DNA of 64,000 nt from Squalus acanthias (lineage: Eukaryota). The position numbers and the translations under genes were made by a program. The notes under the pieces were generated by a model that was not told where the DNA came from, did not search any database, and saw only the letters and a program-made list of their open reading frames with translations. Below are positions 1 to 12,276 of this stretch, in pieces (the first letter of the stretch is position 1; each line of letters starts with the position of its first letter). The stretch covers positions 20,894,001 through 20,958,000 of the forward strand of contig CM059441.1 in the NCBI GenBank assembly GCA_030390025.1, given 5' to 3'.

Positions 1-1193
1 GCACCAGCAGAACCATGAACAACAGCAGCACCAACAGCAGCAGCAACAACAGGAGCGCCAAGCTGCTGCTCACCCGCCTGAAGCTGCACAGGCCAGAAGG
101 GGCCAGCGCATGGAAGGCCGTCGCGCAGGAGATACCCGCCAAACAGGGTCTACAGACACAGGGTCAGCTACCTCAACATGTCTGAGCAGCAGTGCCAAAG
201 GCGGCTCCGACTTTCGCGAGAGGTAGTGGGTGACATCTGCGCAATGCTGCAACAAGACCTGGAACCCAGAGGACCAGGTGGACACCCCTTACCAGTGGCC
301 GTCAAAGTCATCAACGCACTCAACTTTTTTGCCTCAGGCTCATTCCAGGTATCAGCAGCAGACATCAGCGGCATCTCCCAGGCGGCCGCACACACCTGCA
401 TGACGCAGGTAACCGATGCCCTCTTTGCCATCACGCACAATCACATCCATTTCACCAAGGATCGAGCAAGTATCACGGCACGTGCGGTTGGATTAGCTAA
501 TCTGGCAGGCTTTCCAAGGGTGCAGGGCGTCGTTGACTGCACACATGTGGCCCTTAAGGCACCCCATCGCAATCCAGGTATTTTTGTCAACCGCAAGATC
601 TTCCACTCCCTCAACGTTGAGCTGGTGTTTGACCACAAGAAGGAAGTTTTGCATGTTTGTGCCAAGTACCCTCGCAGTTGCCATGACTCCTTCATACTGC
701 GCCAGTCTAGTGTGCCTCCGCTATTCAGTCCGCCAGACCAACTTCACGGATGGCTACTTGGAGACAAGGGCTATCCCCTGAAGACGTGGCTAATGATGCC
801 GTTGAGGAGCCCATCCAACGCAGCTGAGGAGAGCTACAACTCCATCACATTTCCACCAGAGCCATAATCGAGCAAACCATCGTTATGCTGAAGATGCACT
901 TCAGATGCCTGGATAGATCAGGTGGAGCCCTGCAATACTCAGCAGCCAGGGTCTCCAGAATCGTCGTGGTTTGCTGTGCACTTCATAACATGGCACAGCG
1001 TCGTGGCTTGCAGATTCCTGAGGACCAAGTGGCTCCTCACATAGCCTCCTCAGATGAGGAGGAGGAGGAGGTGGAGGAGGAGGAGAGAGAGAACGAACAT
1101 CTTGCAGAGGCCCATCAACCAGCGGCAGCATTACGCGAGACCATAGCTGCCCGGAATGCAAAGAACGCACTCATCTTGGCCAGATTTGCTTAG
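1..1193 (+). pseudogene. Harbinger (HARBI1-like) DDE transposase, frameshifted near 845
   Basis: ORFs 178..867 and 885..1193 carry [48 protein letters not shown] and CCALHN. The N-terminus is Gln/His-rich (CAG/CAA repeats). Confidence 0.92.
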
Positions 1194-1419
1194 CCTAGAC
1201 AATCAAGCACTTTTGCCTCGTAGCTTCTTACCAGAGCTTCGACAATAGCCAAGAACCAGCGGATCCCTAACAATTTGACCACCATACTGACAATTGCAAG
1301 TTATCCTAAGGCCTCATTGTGGAAGTCCCATTAGCAAAATGACAGACACCACAACTGCAGCAGTAGCTATCAGAGTTTTTATTTACACTTAACATCTGAT
1401 GGCTTTTTTACATTAAACA

Positions 1420-3453
1420 TCAAATTTCACCCAAGTGACTACCCTTGTGACTATTTGTGCAGTATCTTTCTCTTACGCGTGCTCCTACGTGGTGCTTCCC
1501 CTGTGGCTTCAGCAGATGTGGAGGCACCCTGTTCAATTTGTTGCTGCTCCTGTCTTGACACCTTTGGCGGGCATCCTCTGGGGTTGCGAGCCTCTGAGGG
1601 CTCGCCAACAGTCTGCTGCTCCTACGGCTGTGCAGGGGTTGAGACGCCGATCTCAGTTGGGTGCGGACTCTGGTGGGGCTCTGACCGAGGACTTGTCAGT
1701 GGCATGGAAGTGTGAGCGCTTGGAGAGGAGCCCCCACCTCCTTGTTCTCTGCCACCATCATCCCTCTCATGGGTCAGGTCCACCTCAGCGCTTGCAAGTG
1801 GATTGAGAGCACCTTCCTGCACATCAGCGGGGCCATGGGGACTCGTATCTGCACTGGAAGTCCTACTCAGAAGGACTTCCATGAAGGTCTAGTTTCTGTG
1901 TTCAATAGATGACCATCGCTCCTCCAGAGATGTCATTCTATTCTGAACACTCACCATGTTTTCTGCACTCTGGCGACTTATCTCCTCCATGGCCGCAGCC
2001 ATCCTCTCGTCTACTGTAGCCATCCTTTCGACGGAGGTTGCCATCATTTGCACAGAGGTTGCCATCCTTTCCACGGAGGTTGCCATCCTTTCCGTGGTGA
2101 TGCGTTCATGCGCCAATGACTCCACAAAGGCTCTGCTCATGTTCGCAATGGACTCCTCCATTCGCTCCACACTCGCAGCGACACTGGAGACAAAACCTGC
2201 CAGAGACTCCTGCATCTGTTCCTGGAGTTCCAGCACCGCTGATCTTGTGGATGGACCCAGAGGCAGAGGGTCGACATGCAGCTGAGCCGAGCTGGCAGAG
2301 TCCTGCGCCCTCCAACTAGGACTCTCCACTGCGGTAACTGTCTCCACCATTTGCTGATGCTCACTTGTGAGCTGTGATACACCAGGTGACAACACTACTC
2401 TATGTCCCGAGGGTCCCACCGAGGTGTGAGTCTCTGCGCTGGTGCTGGGTGCGCTGAATTCTGATGACGCTGCGCCCTCAGAGGTTGCAGCTTCCTCTGA
2501 GGAGTATGTATGCTCAGGCTCTTCCTCCTGGCTAGTGGGGACGGGTGCTTGCGATGGTCCTGTGGGGGAGTAAAGAAAAGAGCCAGAGATGTGATGCCAA
2601 GGTTACATGCACATTGCATATTGCAGATGATCATAAATCCATCTGTTAGAGCTTCAGATTCATTATCAGCGACTCATGCAATGTCAATGAGAGAGATGGA
2701 ACCCTCTTCTGTCACCAGCTTGCTGTGATGCACCCGTCTGTCCGTCCCCCACTTGCGTATCGTCCTCCCACGATCTCCAGGACCGCATCCTCCCAGGGGG
2801 TGAGCTGGGCTAATGAAGGTGGCCCTCCTCCTGTCCTGGCTCTTTCCCTTTTATTGTGAGCTCTCTTTTCCTGCAATGAGGGAGACAAGTGGAGTTTGAG
2901 TGAGATTGAAGGAGTGAGTGTAGAGAATCCATAGCATAGATGCTTAGAAGGAGACAAAGATGGAGTGAGGTGGCAAGACCAAGGGCCCTCCCTGTGTGTT
3001 GTAAGTTGTTTTCATAGCATGACAGTGATAGGGAGTGTGAGGGCTGTATAGTCGAATAGTAAGGTGAATGTGACCATAGAGGGAGAGGGAATGGGTAAGG
3101 GTGCATGGATGTCAGTGTCAAGTGGGATATGGAGGAAGAGGTTGCTGAAGCTGAGTGCTGGTGAGGAGAGTCAATGGGGATCAGATTGAGGGTGAAGGGA
3201 AAGTCATACTCACTTTTTCAGTGCGTAGAAGGTCATGAAACCTCTTCCTGCACTGAAGCCAGGTTCTGCGGGTTATGGACAAAGAGTTGACCTCCTGGGC
3301 GACCTGGACCCACACAGCCTTGGTCTGCTGGGGAGGCTTCTTCCTCCCTGAGGAAGGGAAGAGCACCTCTTTGTTGGCTCTTGCTCCCTCCACCAAAGCT
3401 TGCAGGGCAACGTCATCGAACCTGGGAGCAGACCTGGGTCGTTGGCTGGCCAT
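1420..3453 (-). pseudogene. Harbinger Myb/SANT-like DNA-binding protein gene, 3 exons (about 3453..3214, 2870..2716, 2559..1420), with frameshifts
   Basis: Exon 1 reads MASQRPRSAPRFDD...WVQVAQEVNSLSITRRTWLQCRKRFHDL, followed by a GTGAGT donor. Exon 2 reads EKRAHNKRERARTGGGPP after a ttgcag acceptor. Exon 3 has a coiled coil and a basic C-terminus (PRRSTRKRK). Confidence 0.85.
1995..2100 (-). repeat. 21-nt tandem repeat encoding (ERMATSV)-like heptads
   Basis: GCCATCCTTTCCACGGAGGTT-like unit repeated 4-5 times; translation ERMATSVERMATSVQMMATSVERMATVDERMAAA. Confidence 0.85.
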
Positions 3454-4072
3454 TCCTCCTGCAGCTGCCTCTAAGATACAAGTCCAAAAGGTTGGCAGTC
3501 TGCAGAAGAAGCAAGGCTTGTTGCAGACCTTAAATGCAGCAGCAATGATGACGTCATCGGAGGCGACTTTCAGACTGGAATAACTCATTGGCCATGGGTT
3601 CCCACACGTTGGAACTCAATTGGCCAATTAAGTTAAAATCGCATCATTCTCCCACATCGATCTAGATTCGGGTGGGTAACACGAAAAGCGGATAACACGA
3701 CCCCAACCCGCCCCAGTATCAAAATCCAGCCCTATGCCTCTATTTATGAAGCCCACGATGTCGTATGCTTTTTTAACCGCTTTCTCAACCTGCCCTGCCA
3801 CCTTCAACGATTTGTGCACATATACCAACAGGTCTCTCTGTTCATGCACCCACTTTAGGATTGTACCCTTAAGTTTATATTGCCTCTCCTCGTTCTTCCT
3901 ACCAAAATGTATCACTTCACACTTTCTGCGTGAAATTTCATTTGCCACGTGTCCACCCATTCCACCAGCCTGTCTTCTTGAAATCTATCACTATCCAACT
4001 CACTGTTCACTATACTTCAAGTTTTGAGTCATCTGCAAATTTCGAAATTGTGCCCTGTACACCCAAGTCCAA

Positions 4073-4727
4073 GGCCTAAAAATTTGGTTGCTTTGCGCCT
4101 CCCGTTAGCGCCCTAAAGCAACTCGCGCCTGGGCGAGGCGCCGCCAACGCCTCCCGCGAAATTCAGCAGGAGGTTAGCGGCGACGGTAACCGTTAGCGCC
4201 CTGTGGCGCTGTGCCGCCAGTGATAACATCATCGCCGTGCACAGCGCCCCCCTCGCACCCCGGCCGCGATCTTCGGTAGCGCCCACTGACTTACCGCCGG
4301 ACGCTATGTCCGACGGTGTCAGGGGGGCCTACCTGCGTCCGGGGCGGTGTTAATTAAAGGCAAGGTGCCGGGTGGCCATTTTTGTTGCTGGCCGCCTGCC
4401 AGCACCTGCCCCCGTTGCCGTCCCTGGCCTCCCCGCGGAGTGCCGGCTGCGCTCCATGAGCCCGGCACTTCTCTTGAGTGCCGAGCTCTTTTGCTGGCAC
4501 TCCGATACCTGGTGGCCCAGCTGGGCTCTTGGTCGCGCTGCGCAAGGCCCCTCCCCTTTAAGAAGGGGAGGGGCCTGCAGTACTGTGGCCTTATTCCCTC
4601 GCAGCACCCCAAGAGGGAGGTGGGGCGCTTCCAGTCGCGCTACCGATGAATTTAGACTGCGGGGGCACGAAAGGTAGCGCCCCGGCGAAGTTAGTGCCCC
4701 AAAGGGGGTGCGATTCAATTTTCCCCC
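4073..4727. mobile_element. GC-rich non-autonomous Harbinger-type MITE
   Basis: Interrupts the CR1 sequence gtccaagtcatt (uninterrupted near 32893) with a 3-bp duplication (caa). Same family as 36705..37417. Confidence 0.85.
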
Positions 4728-6022
4728 CAAGTCATTCATATATATCAAGAAAAGCAGTGGTCCTAGTCCCGACTCCTGGGAAACACCACTGTATACCTTT
4801 CTCCAGTCCGAAAAACAACCGTTCACCACTACTCTCTGTTTCCTGTCACTTAGCCAATTTCGTATCCATGCTGCCACTGACCCTTTTATTCCCTGGGCTT
4901 CAACTTTGCTGGCAAACCTATTATGTGGCACTTTATCAAACACATTTTGGAAGTCCATGCACACCACATCAATCACATTGCCCTCATCACCCTCTCGGCT
5001 ACCTCATCAAAAAACTCGATCAAGTTAGTTAAACACGATTTGCCTTTAACAGATCTGTGCTGGCTTTCCTTAATTAATCCACACTTGTCCAAGTGACTGT
5101 TAACTTTGTCCCTGATTATCATTTCTAAAAGCTTCCCCACTACCGAGGTTAAACTGACTGGCCTGTAGTTGCTGGGTTTAATCTTACACCCTTTTTTGAA
5201 CAAGGGTGTAATATTTGCAATTCTCCAGTCCTCTGTCACCACCCCCGTATCTAAGGAGGATTGGAAGATTATGGGGAGTACCTCCGCGAGTTCCTCCTTA
5301 ACCTCCCTCAGCATCCTAGGATGCATCTCATCCGGTCCTAGTGACTTATCAACTTTAAGTACAGACAGCCTTTCTAGTACCTCCTCTTTATCAATTTTTA
5401 TCTCATCCAGTATCTCCACTACCTCCTCTTTCACTATGACTTTGGCAGCATCTTTTTCCTTGGTGAAGACAGATGCAAAGTACTCATTTAGTAGCTCAGC
5501 CATGCCCTCTGCCTCCAAGCGTAGGTCTCCTTTCTGGTCCATAATAGGCCCCACCCCTCCTCTTACTACCCGTTTATTATTTATATGCCTATAGAAGACT
5601 TTTAAATTCCCTTTTATGTTAGCTGCCAATCTATTCTCATGTACCCGAACCATTTCCCCTTTAAATGCAGCCCATTGTTCGATTACTGTTTTGCCTGCCA
5701 GTCTTTGATTCCAATTAACCCGGGCCCGATCCGTTCTCAACCCACTGAAATTTGCCTTCCTCCAATTAACTATTTTTACTCCAGATTGCTCCCTGTCCTT
5801 TCCATAGCTAATCTAAACCTTCTCATATTATGATCACTGTTCCCTAAATGTTCCCCTACTGATACTTGCTCCACTTGACCCACCTCATTCCCCAGAACCA
5901 TATCCAGCAATGCCTCCTTCCTCGTTGGGCCGGAAACGTACTGATCAAGAAAGTTCTCCTGAACACACTTCAGAAATTCTTCCTCCTCTTTGCCCTTTAC
6001 ACTATTACTATCCCAGTCTATA

Positions 6023-8970
6023 TAATCTCCAGAATGTCCGTTCACTTGTGAAAAAGGCCCTTGCCATCCATGAGCTTATCGTGGATGACTGCATCGACAT
6101 CATGGCCCTGACGGAAACTTGTTTGAGGGGTGATGACACCTTTCCCTTAAATGAAGCCTCCCCACCTGGCTATACCTTCCACCACTTGCCCCGCTCAGGC
6201 CGTCGCGGTGGCGGTGTGGCTCTCATCACCAAATCACACCTTGGTCTGTCCCCCTACTCCTCCGGCAGTTTCTCCTCCTTTGAGCATCTCACCTTATCCC
6301 ACCCCTTTCTCCTCTCATTTAAAATTCTTGTTCTCTACCGCCCACCCAAGTATCATAAAAATGTTATTACTGAGATATCTTCACTGTTCTCCTCCCTCAG
6401 ACTCTGCACCGAACAACTTCTCATCCTCGGTGATTTCAACCTCCATCTCAATTCATCATGCTCTCTCTCCTTTGAGTTCATGAGCCTCCTATCCTCCCTT
6501 AATCTCTCCCTCCATGTAAACTCCCCAACCCAGATTCACAGCCACCCCCTCGACCCTGCCATCTCTCGTGGCCTCGCTACTCCCATCGTGTCAATTGCAG
6601 ATAAGGCCATCTCTGACCATTTCCTTGTATCGCTCTCCACCCACATCCCCCTTCCACCCACCCACTCCCAATCCTACTTCCTTCTGTGTCCGCCCCTGGA
6701 AAAAACTCTCTCCCAACTCTCTTACAACTGCACTTATGAAATCCCAACTGTCCAGCCTCTGGCCCTCTATTCACCATGAAATTTCTGCTCAACCACACCC
6801 TCACCACTATCTTTGATGCCCTAGTCCCTACTAAAACAATTACCCTCTCTCACCCTGGCCGTTCCCCCTGGTACGGCTCTCATCTTCGCTCCCTTAAGTC
6901 CAAATGACGCAGACTCGAACGGATATGGAGTACAACTTGTTTAGCCATTCACCGCCAGATCTGGCTGGACCACATAAAGCATTATTGGGCCCTGCTCTCG
7001 TCTGCCAAAATTGCTCACTATTCCAGAATCTTTCTGGACTGCATAGATAAACCCCGGCTCCTATTCTCTACTGCTAACCGTCTTCTTAAACCCCTCTCCC
7101 CTGTCTCCTCCACCCTCGCCTCCGATAACAAATGGGAAGAGCTCATGGACTTCTTTGTCTCTAAGATTGAGACCATCCGTTCAGCTGCCTCTGCCACTTC
7201 CCTTCCTTCCCCTCGCCCACTGAGCCAAACTTTCTCGAAGGTTCCCCCCTGCCCTAGCCCTGAACTCACATCTTTCTCCAGTTTCTCTCCGATCTCCCCT
7301 CATGACTTCTCTGCACTCATTTTGTCTATGAGACCCACTTCCTGCTCCCTCGACCCTATTCCCACCAAACTGCTGACCACCCAACTTCCTTTTCTGGCTC
7401 CTGTGTTAGCTGACATTGTTAACGGTTCTCTCTCCTCAGGTACTGTCCCCCTCTCCCTCAAATCTGCCGTCATCACCCCTCTCCTCAAAAAAACAAACCT
7501 TGATCCCTCCGTCCTTGCAAACTACCGCCCCATTTCCAACCTCCCTTTCCTCTCCAAAGTCCTTGAATGTTTTGCTGCCTCCCAAATCCGTGCCCATCTT
7601 TCCCGCAATTCCATGTTTGAATCCCTCCAATCAGGTTTCCGCCCCTGCCACAGTACCGAAACGGCTCTCATCAAAGTCACAAATGACATCCTTTGCGACT
7701 GTGACAAAGGTAAACTATCCCTCCTCGTCCTTCTTGACTTGTCTGCAGCCTTTGACACGGTTGACCACTCCATCTTCTCCAACGCCTCTCCACCATCGTC
7801 CAGCTGGATGGGACTGCACTCGCTTGGTTCCATTCTTATCTATCTATTCGTAACCAGAGAATCACCTGCAACGGCTTCTCTTTCTGCTCCCACATCGTTA
7901 CCTCTGGTGTCCCCCAAGGATCTATCCTTGGCCCCCTCCTATTTCTCATCTACATGTTGCCCCTTGGCGACATCATCCGAAAACACAGCATCAGTTTCCA
8001 CATATATGCTGACAACACCCAGCTCCACCTCACTACTTCTTCTCTTGACCCCTCCACGGTGTCTAAATTGTCAGACTTCTTGTCCGACATACAGATCTGG
8101 ATGAGCAAAAATTTTCTCCAATTAAATATTCGTGAAAACGAAGCCATTGTTTTCGGTCCCCGCCACAAACTCCGTTCCCTAGCCACTAACTCCATCCCTC
8201 TCCCTAACATCTGTCTGAGGCTGAACCACACTGTTCGCGACCTTGGTGTCATAATTGACCCTGAAATGAGCTTCCAACCACATATCTGCAGCATAACTAA
8301 GACTGCCTACTTCCACCTCCGTAACATCGTCTGTCTCCACCCTTGCCTCAGCTTATCCGCTGCTGAAACCCTCATCCATGCCTTTGTTACCTCTAGACTT
8401 GACTATTCCAACGCACTCCTGGCTGGCCTCCCACATTCCACCCTACGTAAACTTGAGGTCATCCAAAACTCGGCTGCCTGTGTCCTAACTCGCACCAAGT
8501 CCCGTTCGCTCATCACCCCTGTTCTCGCTGACCTACATTGGCTCCTGGTTAAGCAGCACCTCGATATCAAAATTCTCATCCTTGTTTTCAAATCCCTCCA
8601 TGGCCTCGTCCCTTCCTATCTCTGTAATCTCCTTCAGCCCCACAACCCCCCGAGATATCTGCGCTCCTCTAATTCTGCCCTCTTGAGGATCCTTGATTAT
8701 AATCACTCATCCTTTGGTGGCCGTGCCTTCTGTTGCCTGGGCCCTAAGCTCTGGACTTCCCAGCCTAAACCTCTCCACCTCGCTACCTCTCTTTCCTCCT
8801 TTAAGACGCTCCTCAAAACCTACCTCTTTGACCAAGCTTTTAGTCACCTGCCCTAATTTATCCTTATGTGGATCGGTGTCAAAATTTTTGTCTTAAAATA
8901 ATCCTGTGCAGCGCCTTGGGACATTTTACTACATTAAAGGCGCGATATAAATACAAGTTGTTGTTGTTTT
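6023..8970 (+). mobile_element. L2 LINE, near full-length ORF2 (APE endonuclease + RT) with stops and frameshifts
   Basis: Motifs [56 protein letters not shown] and SRLDYSNALL, with a (GTT)n tail. Inserted between tctata and ttaggata of the CR1 (empty site near 34380). Confidence 0.93.
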
Positions 8971-9522
8971 TTAGGATAATTGAAGTCCCCCATTATCACT
9001 ACACTATAGTTCTTGCACCTCTCTGTAAATTCCCTGCAAATTTGCTCCTCTATAACTTTCCCACTACAGGTAGTTGGTGGCCTATAGAATACACCTAGTA
9101 GTGTAATGGCACCTCTATTATTTCTTAACTCTAACCAAATAGATTCTGCCCTTGACCCCTCCAGACATCCTCTCTCTCCAGCACTAACATTCTCCTTAAC
9201 AATACTGCCACCCCACCTCCTTTCTTTCCTTCCCTATCTTTCATGAACACCTTATATCCAGGAATATTTAAAACCCAACCTACCCGTTTTTGAGCCAGGT
9301 CTCCGTTATCGCCAAGGCATCATATTTGCGCCTGCAGCTCACTCACCTTATTTACCACGCTTCGTGCGATTACACACACGCACTGTAAACATATCTTCGA
9401 CCTTCTTGTATTCTCTCTTAGTCTGACCCCACCTAATGTCTTACTATTTCTTAGCAGGAATGGATAAATTGCGACCCAAGCCAGGTATTTATGCTGAATT
9501 GCGAGGTGAGCTAGAACACAAG

Positions 9523-10300
9523 TCAAATAAACTCAGGCAAATGTTGGGATTGGCAGGAAAATTCAATCTGCTCTCCTTCCCACAGAGTGCTGGGTATGTA
9601 AATTAGATTCACAGATGAAGCAGTTAATGCAGTGCTTATTGACAGCATGAAGAATATCTGGCCAAGCAGTCGGAAATCCTGTAAAGTGACGACATGGTCT
9701 GTGTCAAAACCATATCCTGGTAGATGTGCACTCAGCCGCTTTCTCAATGTCCGTTCCTCTGTGGCAAACAATTGCAGGGCAAGGTCCTGCTGCAAAATTC
9801 CTCCCCCCAGGAGGATATACGTCCCATTTGCTCTGGAATGGTCCAGGGATCTGCCTGCAATATGTAGATAAGCCTGACCCTGGGATTTCCACCCTTCCCG
9901 CCCAAGTCCTTCCCAGGAATTGTGCTTAATGGGCAGATGCACAAAACCACCGGCGGGACCTCGAATGCCGCAGGGTGCACTAGCCACAATATCCTGTTTA
10001 TTAACATTAATGGATGGTGGCGTGGGCTCTCAGACAATTCCACCCATCATGTACCTCCAGAATGGAGGTCACAGCTGACCATTCCTGTCACTGGCTGTGC
10101 CAGCTTTATGCTGCATGTTAGCTGCAGATGTCCTTGCAGCAGAAGGCACAGCTCTATATCTGTCTCTTTGATGAACTGTAGACAATTGCTGCCAGGAGGG
10201 TGGTCCAATGCCTGCGGATATGTTGACATCTTGGGATGTCCGGCCAAGCCGGCTGTGCTTGCTATTGAATCACCCTGACATGTCTTATTTCCTGTAATAT
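9523..10300 (-). pseudogene. Highly diverged Harbinger-transposase-like coding remnant (part repeated at about 61315..61475)
   Basis: ILLGGG...RLSAH...QDFRLL has spacing reminiscent of LLGDxGY...YNxxH...RFRCLD. A clear second copy of 10150..10300 lies near 61320. Confidence 0.35.
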
Positions 10301-10448
10301 TGCAGGCAAATATATCGGCCAGGTCACTGTGAGCAACTATTCAACATACACAATCGACTCCTTGCATTTCTGTCTTCACGTTCCTTGTCGTTAACCACCA
10401 CAGACACGAGCATCCTGTGTTCTCGAACTGCCAAAAATAAATTCATAT

Positions 10449-10689
10449 TGTGGCGGATCGCCACCTAAACGGGCATAACCCACTTTTCCGTCTGTGGACA
10501 ATATATCGGTGAACCTTCCCTGTAAGGCACCTTACCTTTAAGACAGGAGTGGGCGGGGCTTCAGGGTTTATCCAGAGAATTCTGGGAGCAGCTTTCTCAG
10601 CCATTTTTGTGTGCCATGCAGTGAATTAAAGTTTCTTGTTTTCCACATATGGATTCAGCCTCCATTCGTGTTTCGCGGCAGCCTCAACA
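10449..10689 (+). mobile_element. 5' LTR (241 bp) of a CsRn1-clade Ty3/Gypsy retrotransposon
   Basis: TG...CA ends, an ATTAAA signal, and a PBS immediately downstream. Confidence 0.8.
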
Positions 10690-10690
10690 A

Positions 10691-10704
10691 TGGTGACCCC
10701 GACG
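10691..10704 (+). promoter_or_regulatory. Primer binding site complementary to the 3' end of tRNA-Trp
   Basis: TGGTGACCCCGACG is the reverse complement of ...CGUCGGGGUCACCA. Confidence 0.88.
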
Positions 10705-10729
10705 CTCAGAACGTATTCCGAGCACTGCA

Positions 10730-12153
10730 ATGGCGGACACGAACGCAGTTTCCGTGAAACTGCCGGAGTTTTGGGAAAACCAGCCCGAAGCCTGGTTTCT
10801 CCAAGCTGAATCTCGCTTCCGGCTGCGAAATATCACCACAGATGGGACGAAGTACGACTATCTCGTCACATCACTCAGTAGCGCCGCAGTTTCGAAGGTT
10901 TGGACAACGCTGCAGAACCCACCAGAGGAAGGCAAGTACGCACATCTCAGGACAGCGCTCCTTAAAAAATTTACGGCCTTGGCATATAAGCGAAACTGCC
11001 ACCTCCTCGACCTTCCAGGCCTCGGTGATGCCTCACCGTCAGACCTCCTCTCCCACATGCTCTCCCTCACCGACGAGAGCCCACCCGGATCCCTCTTCCG
11101 CACGCTGTTCATCCGCCAGCTCCCTCTCAGCATCCGCCCAGCGATCGTGGCGTCCGGCCTCACGAACCTGGAAGCCCTGGCCGATGAGGCCGACAAGCTG
11201 CTGTCCGCTCACTCCAGCCACGACGTCACTCTGGACCTGGCAGCCAATGCCTGGGCGCGCCCCTCACCATCCAGCACGCGGCCACAAGGGCCTGTCACCA
11301 GGCCCACGGGGCCTTCACGCCCCACTAACCCGGGCCACTGTTACTACCACGCACGGTTCGGCGCCAGGGCACAACGGTACACACCTCCCTGCTCTTTCAA
11401 GGCCACCCCTGTACCAGCCCCCGCGATGGCTGTGGGCCACGCGGGCTCCCTGCTGTACGTCACGGATGACAAAACCGGCCGCCGGTTCCTGTGCGACACT
11501 GGGGCTCAGCAGAGCATCATCCCGGCCTCCTCCCTCGACATCCAAAAGGGCGAACGAGGACCGGCGCTGGCTGCTGCTAACGGCTCGGAAATCCGGATAT
11601 ATGGCACCTAGACAGTCACCCTCGACCTCGCTGGTCGCCGCTACCGATGGGAGTTCATCACTGTCAAGGTGCTCTCCCCTCTCATCGGCGCAGATTTCCT
11701 GTGCGCCCACGGCCTACTGGTAGACATCCCCCGTCACCGCCTCGTGGACATGAACACCATGTCCCCCATCCTGGGCGCCATGGCCCCCCGTCAACCCGCC
11801 GACATGACGTCACAGTGCCACGCCCTGACCACGGATGACTACTCGGCACTCCTGGCCGAATTCCCAGCCCTTACCAATCCGACCTTCTCCGCGGAGGCCG
11901 CCAAACACGGGGTGGAACACTTCATCCCCACCACAGGCCCCCCAGTGTACGCCCACGCCCGCAGGCTGGACCCGGCCAAACTGGAGATCGCGCGGACCGA
12001 GTTTGCCACCATGGAACAGCTCGGCATCATCCGCCGCTCCAACAGTCCCTGGGCCTCCCCACTCCACATCGCCCCCAAACCAGGCGGAGGTTGGCGCCCC
12101 TGCGGGGATTACCGCCGCCTCAATGACGCCACCACTCCTGATCGGTACCCAGT
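10730..12153 (+). pseudogene. gag-pol: CsRn1-type Gypsy gag-pro-RT (single frame, in-frame TAG at 11609..11611, truncated early in RT)
   Basis: Motifs KLPEFWENQPEAWFLQAE, CHCC-type CYYHARFG..(C>Y)..PC, protease FLCDTGA, IGADFL, and RT start SNSPWASPLH, WRPCGDYRRLN, DRYPV. Confidence 0.9.
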
Positions 12154-12276
12154 GTATGAAGCTCCCGTGTCCAACAAATAACTACCCTTCTGCTTCTCTA
12201 CCTCCATCTCCACCAGGGGTCGCTTCCACGCATCATAGCTGAGCGGACACAGGTAGACGGGCTGTGCGGGCTCTAG
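12152..12276 (-). pseudogene. pro: Aspartic protease N-terminus, in frame after the gag UGA (truncated)
   Basis: Reading on past the TGA gives LEPAQPVYLCPLSYDAWKRPLVEMEVEKQKGSYLLDTGASYT; the DTG codons are at 12171..12163. Confidence 0.88.

Larger units (their letters stand above)
1..3732. mobile_element. PIF/Harbinger DNA transposon of autonomous type, decayed (transposase on +, Myb/SANT gene on -, convergent); left end lies outside the window
   Basis: Two convergent genes typical of Harbinger. The right terminus AAAATCCAGCCC ends at 3732 (TIR GGGCTGGATTTT, shared with the elements at 31061 and 56611). CR1 sequence resumes at 3733. Confidence 0.9.
3733..9440 (-). mobile_element. CR1 (HER1-like) LINE, decayed, interrupted by a MITE (4073..4727) and an L2 element (6023..8970)
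   Basis: ORF2 motifs NYRPVSLTSVVGK, GKSCLTNL, DFQNVFDKVPH and KCEVIHFG. The endonuclease part (GDFNY, ARSVVNK) lies at 8971..9400. Confidence 0.93.

Noticed and set aside
1995-2100. CRISPR-like array
   Set aside because: Contiguous coding heptad repeats without spacers, in eukaryotic DNA.
11609-11611. TAG in the CsRn1-type element as programmed readthrough
   Set aside because: It lies inside the protease after the DTG motif and lacks a leaky context; most likely a nonsense mutation.
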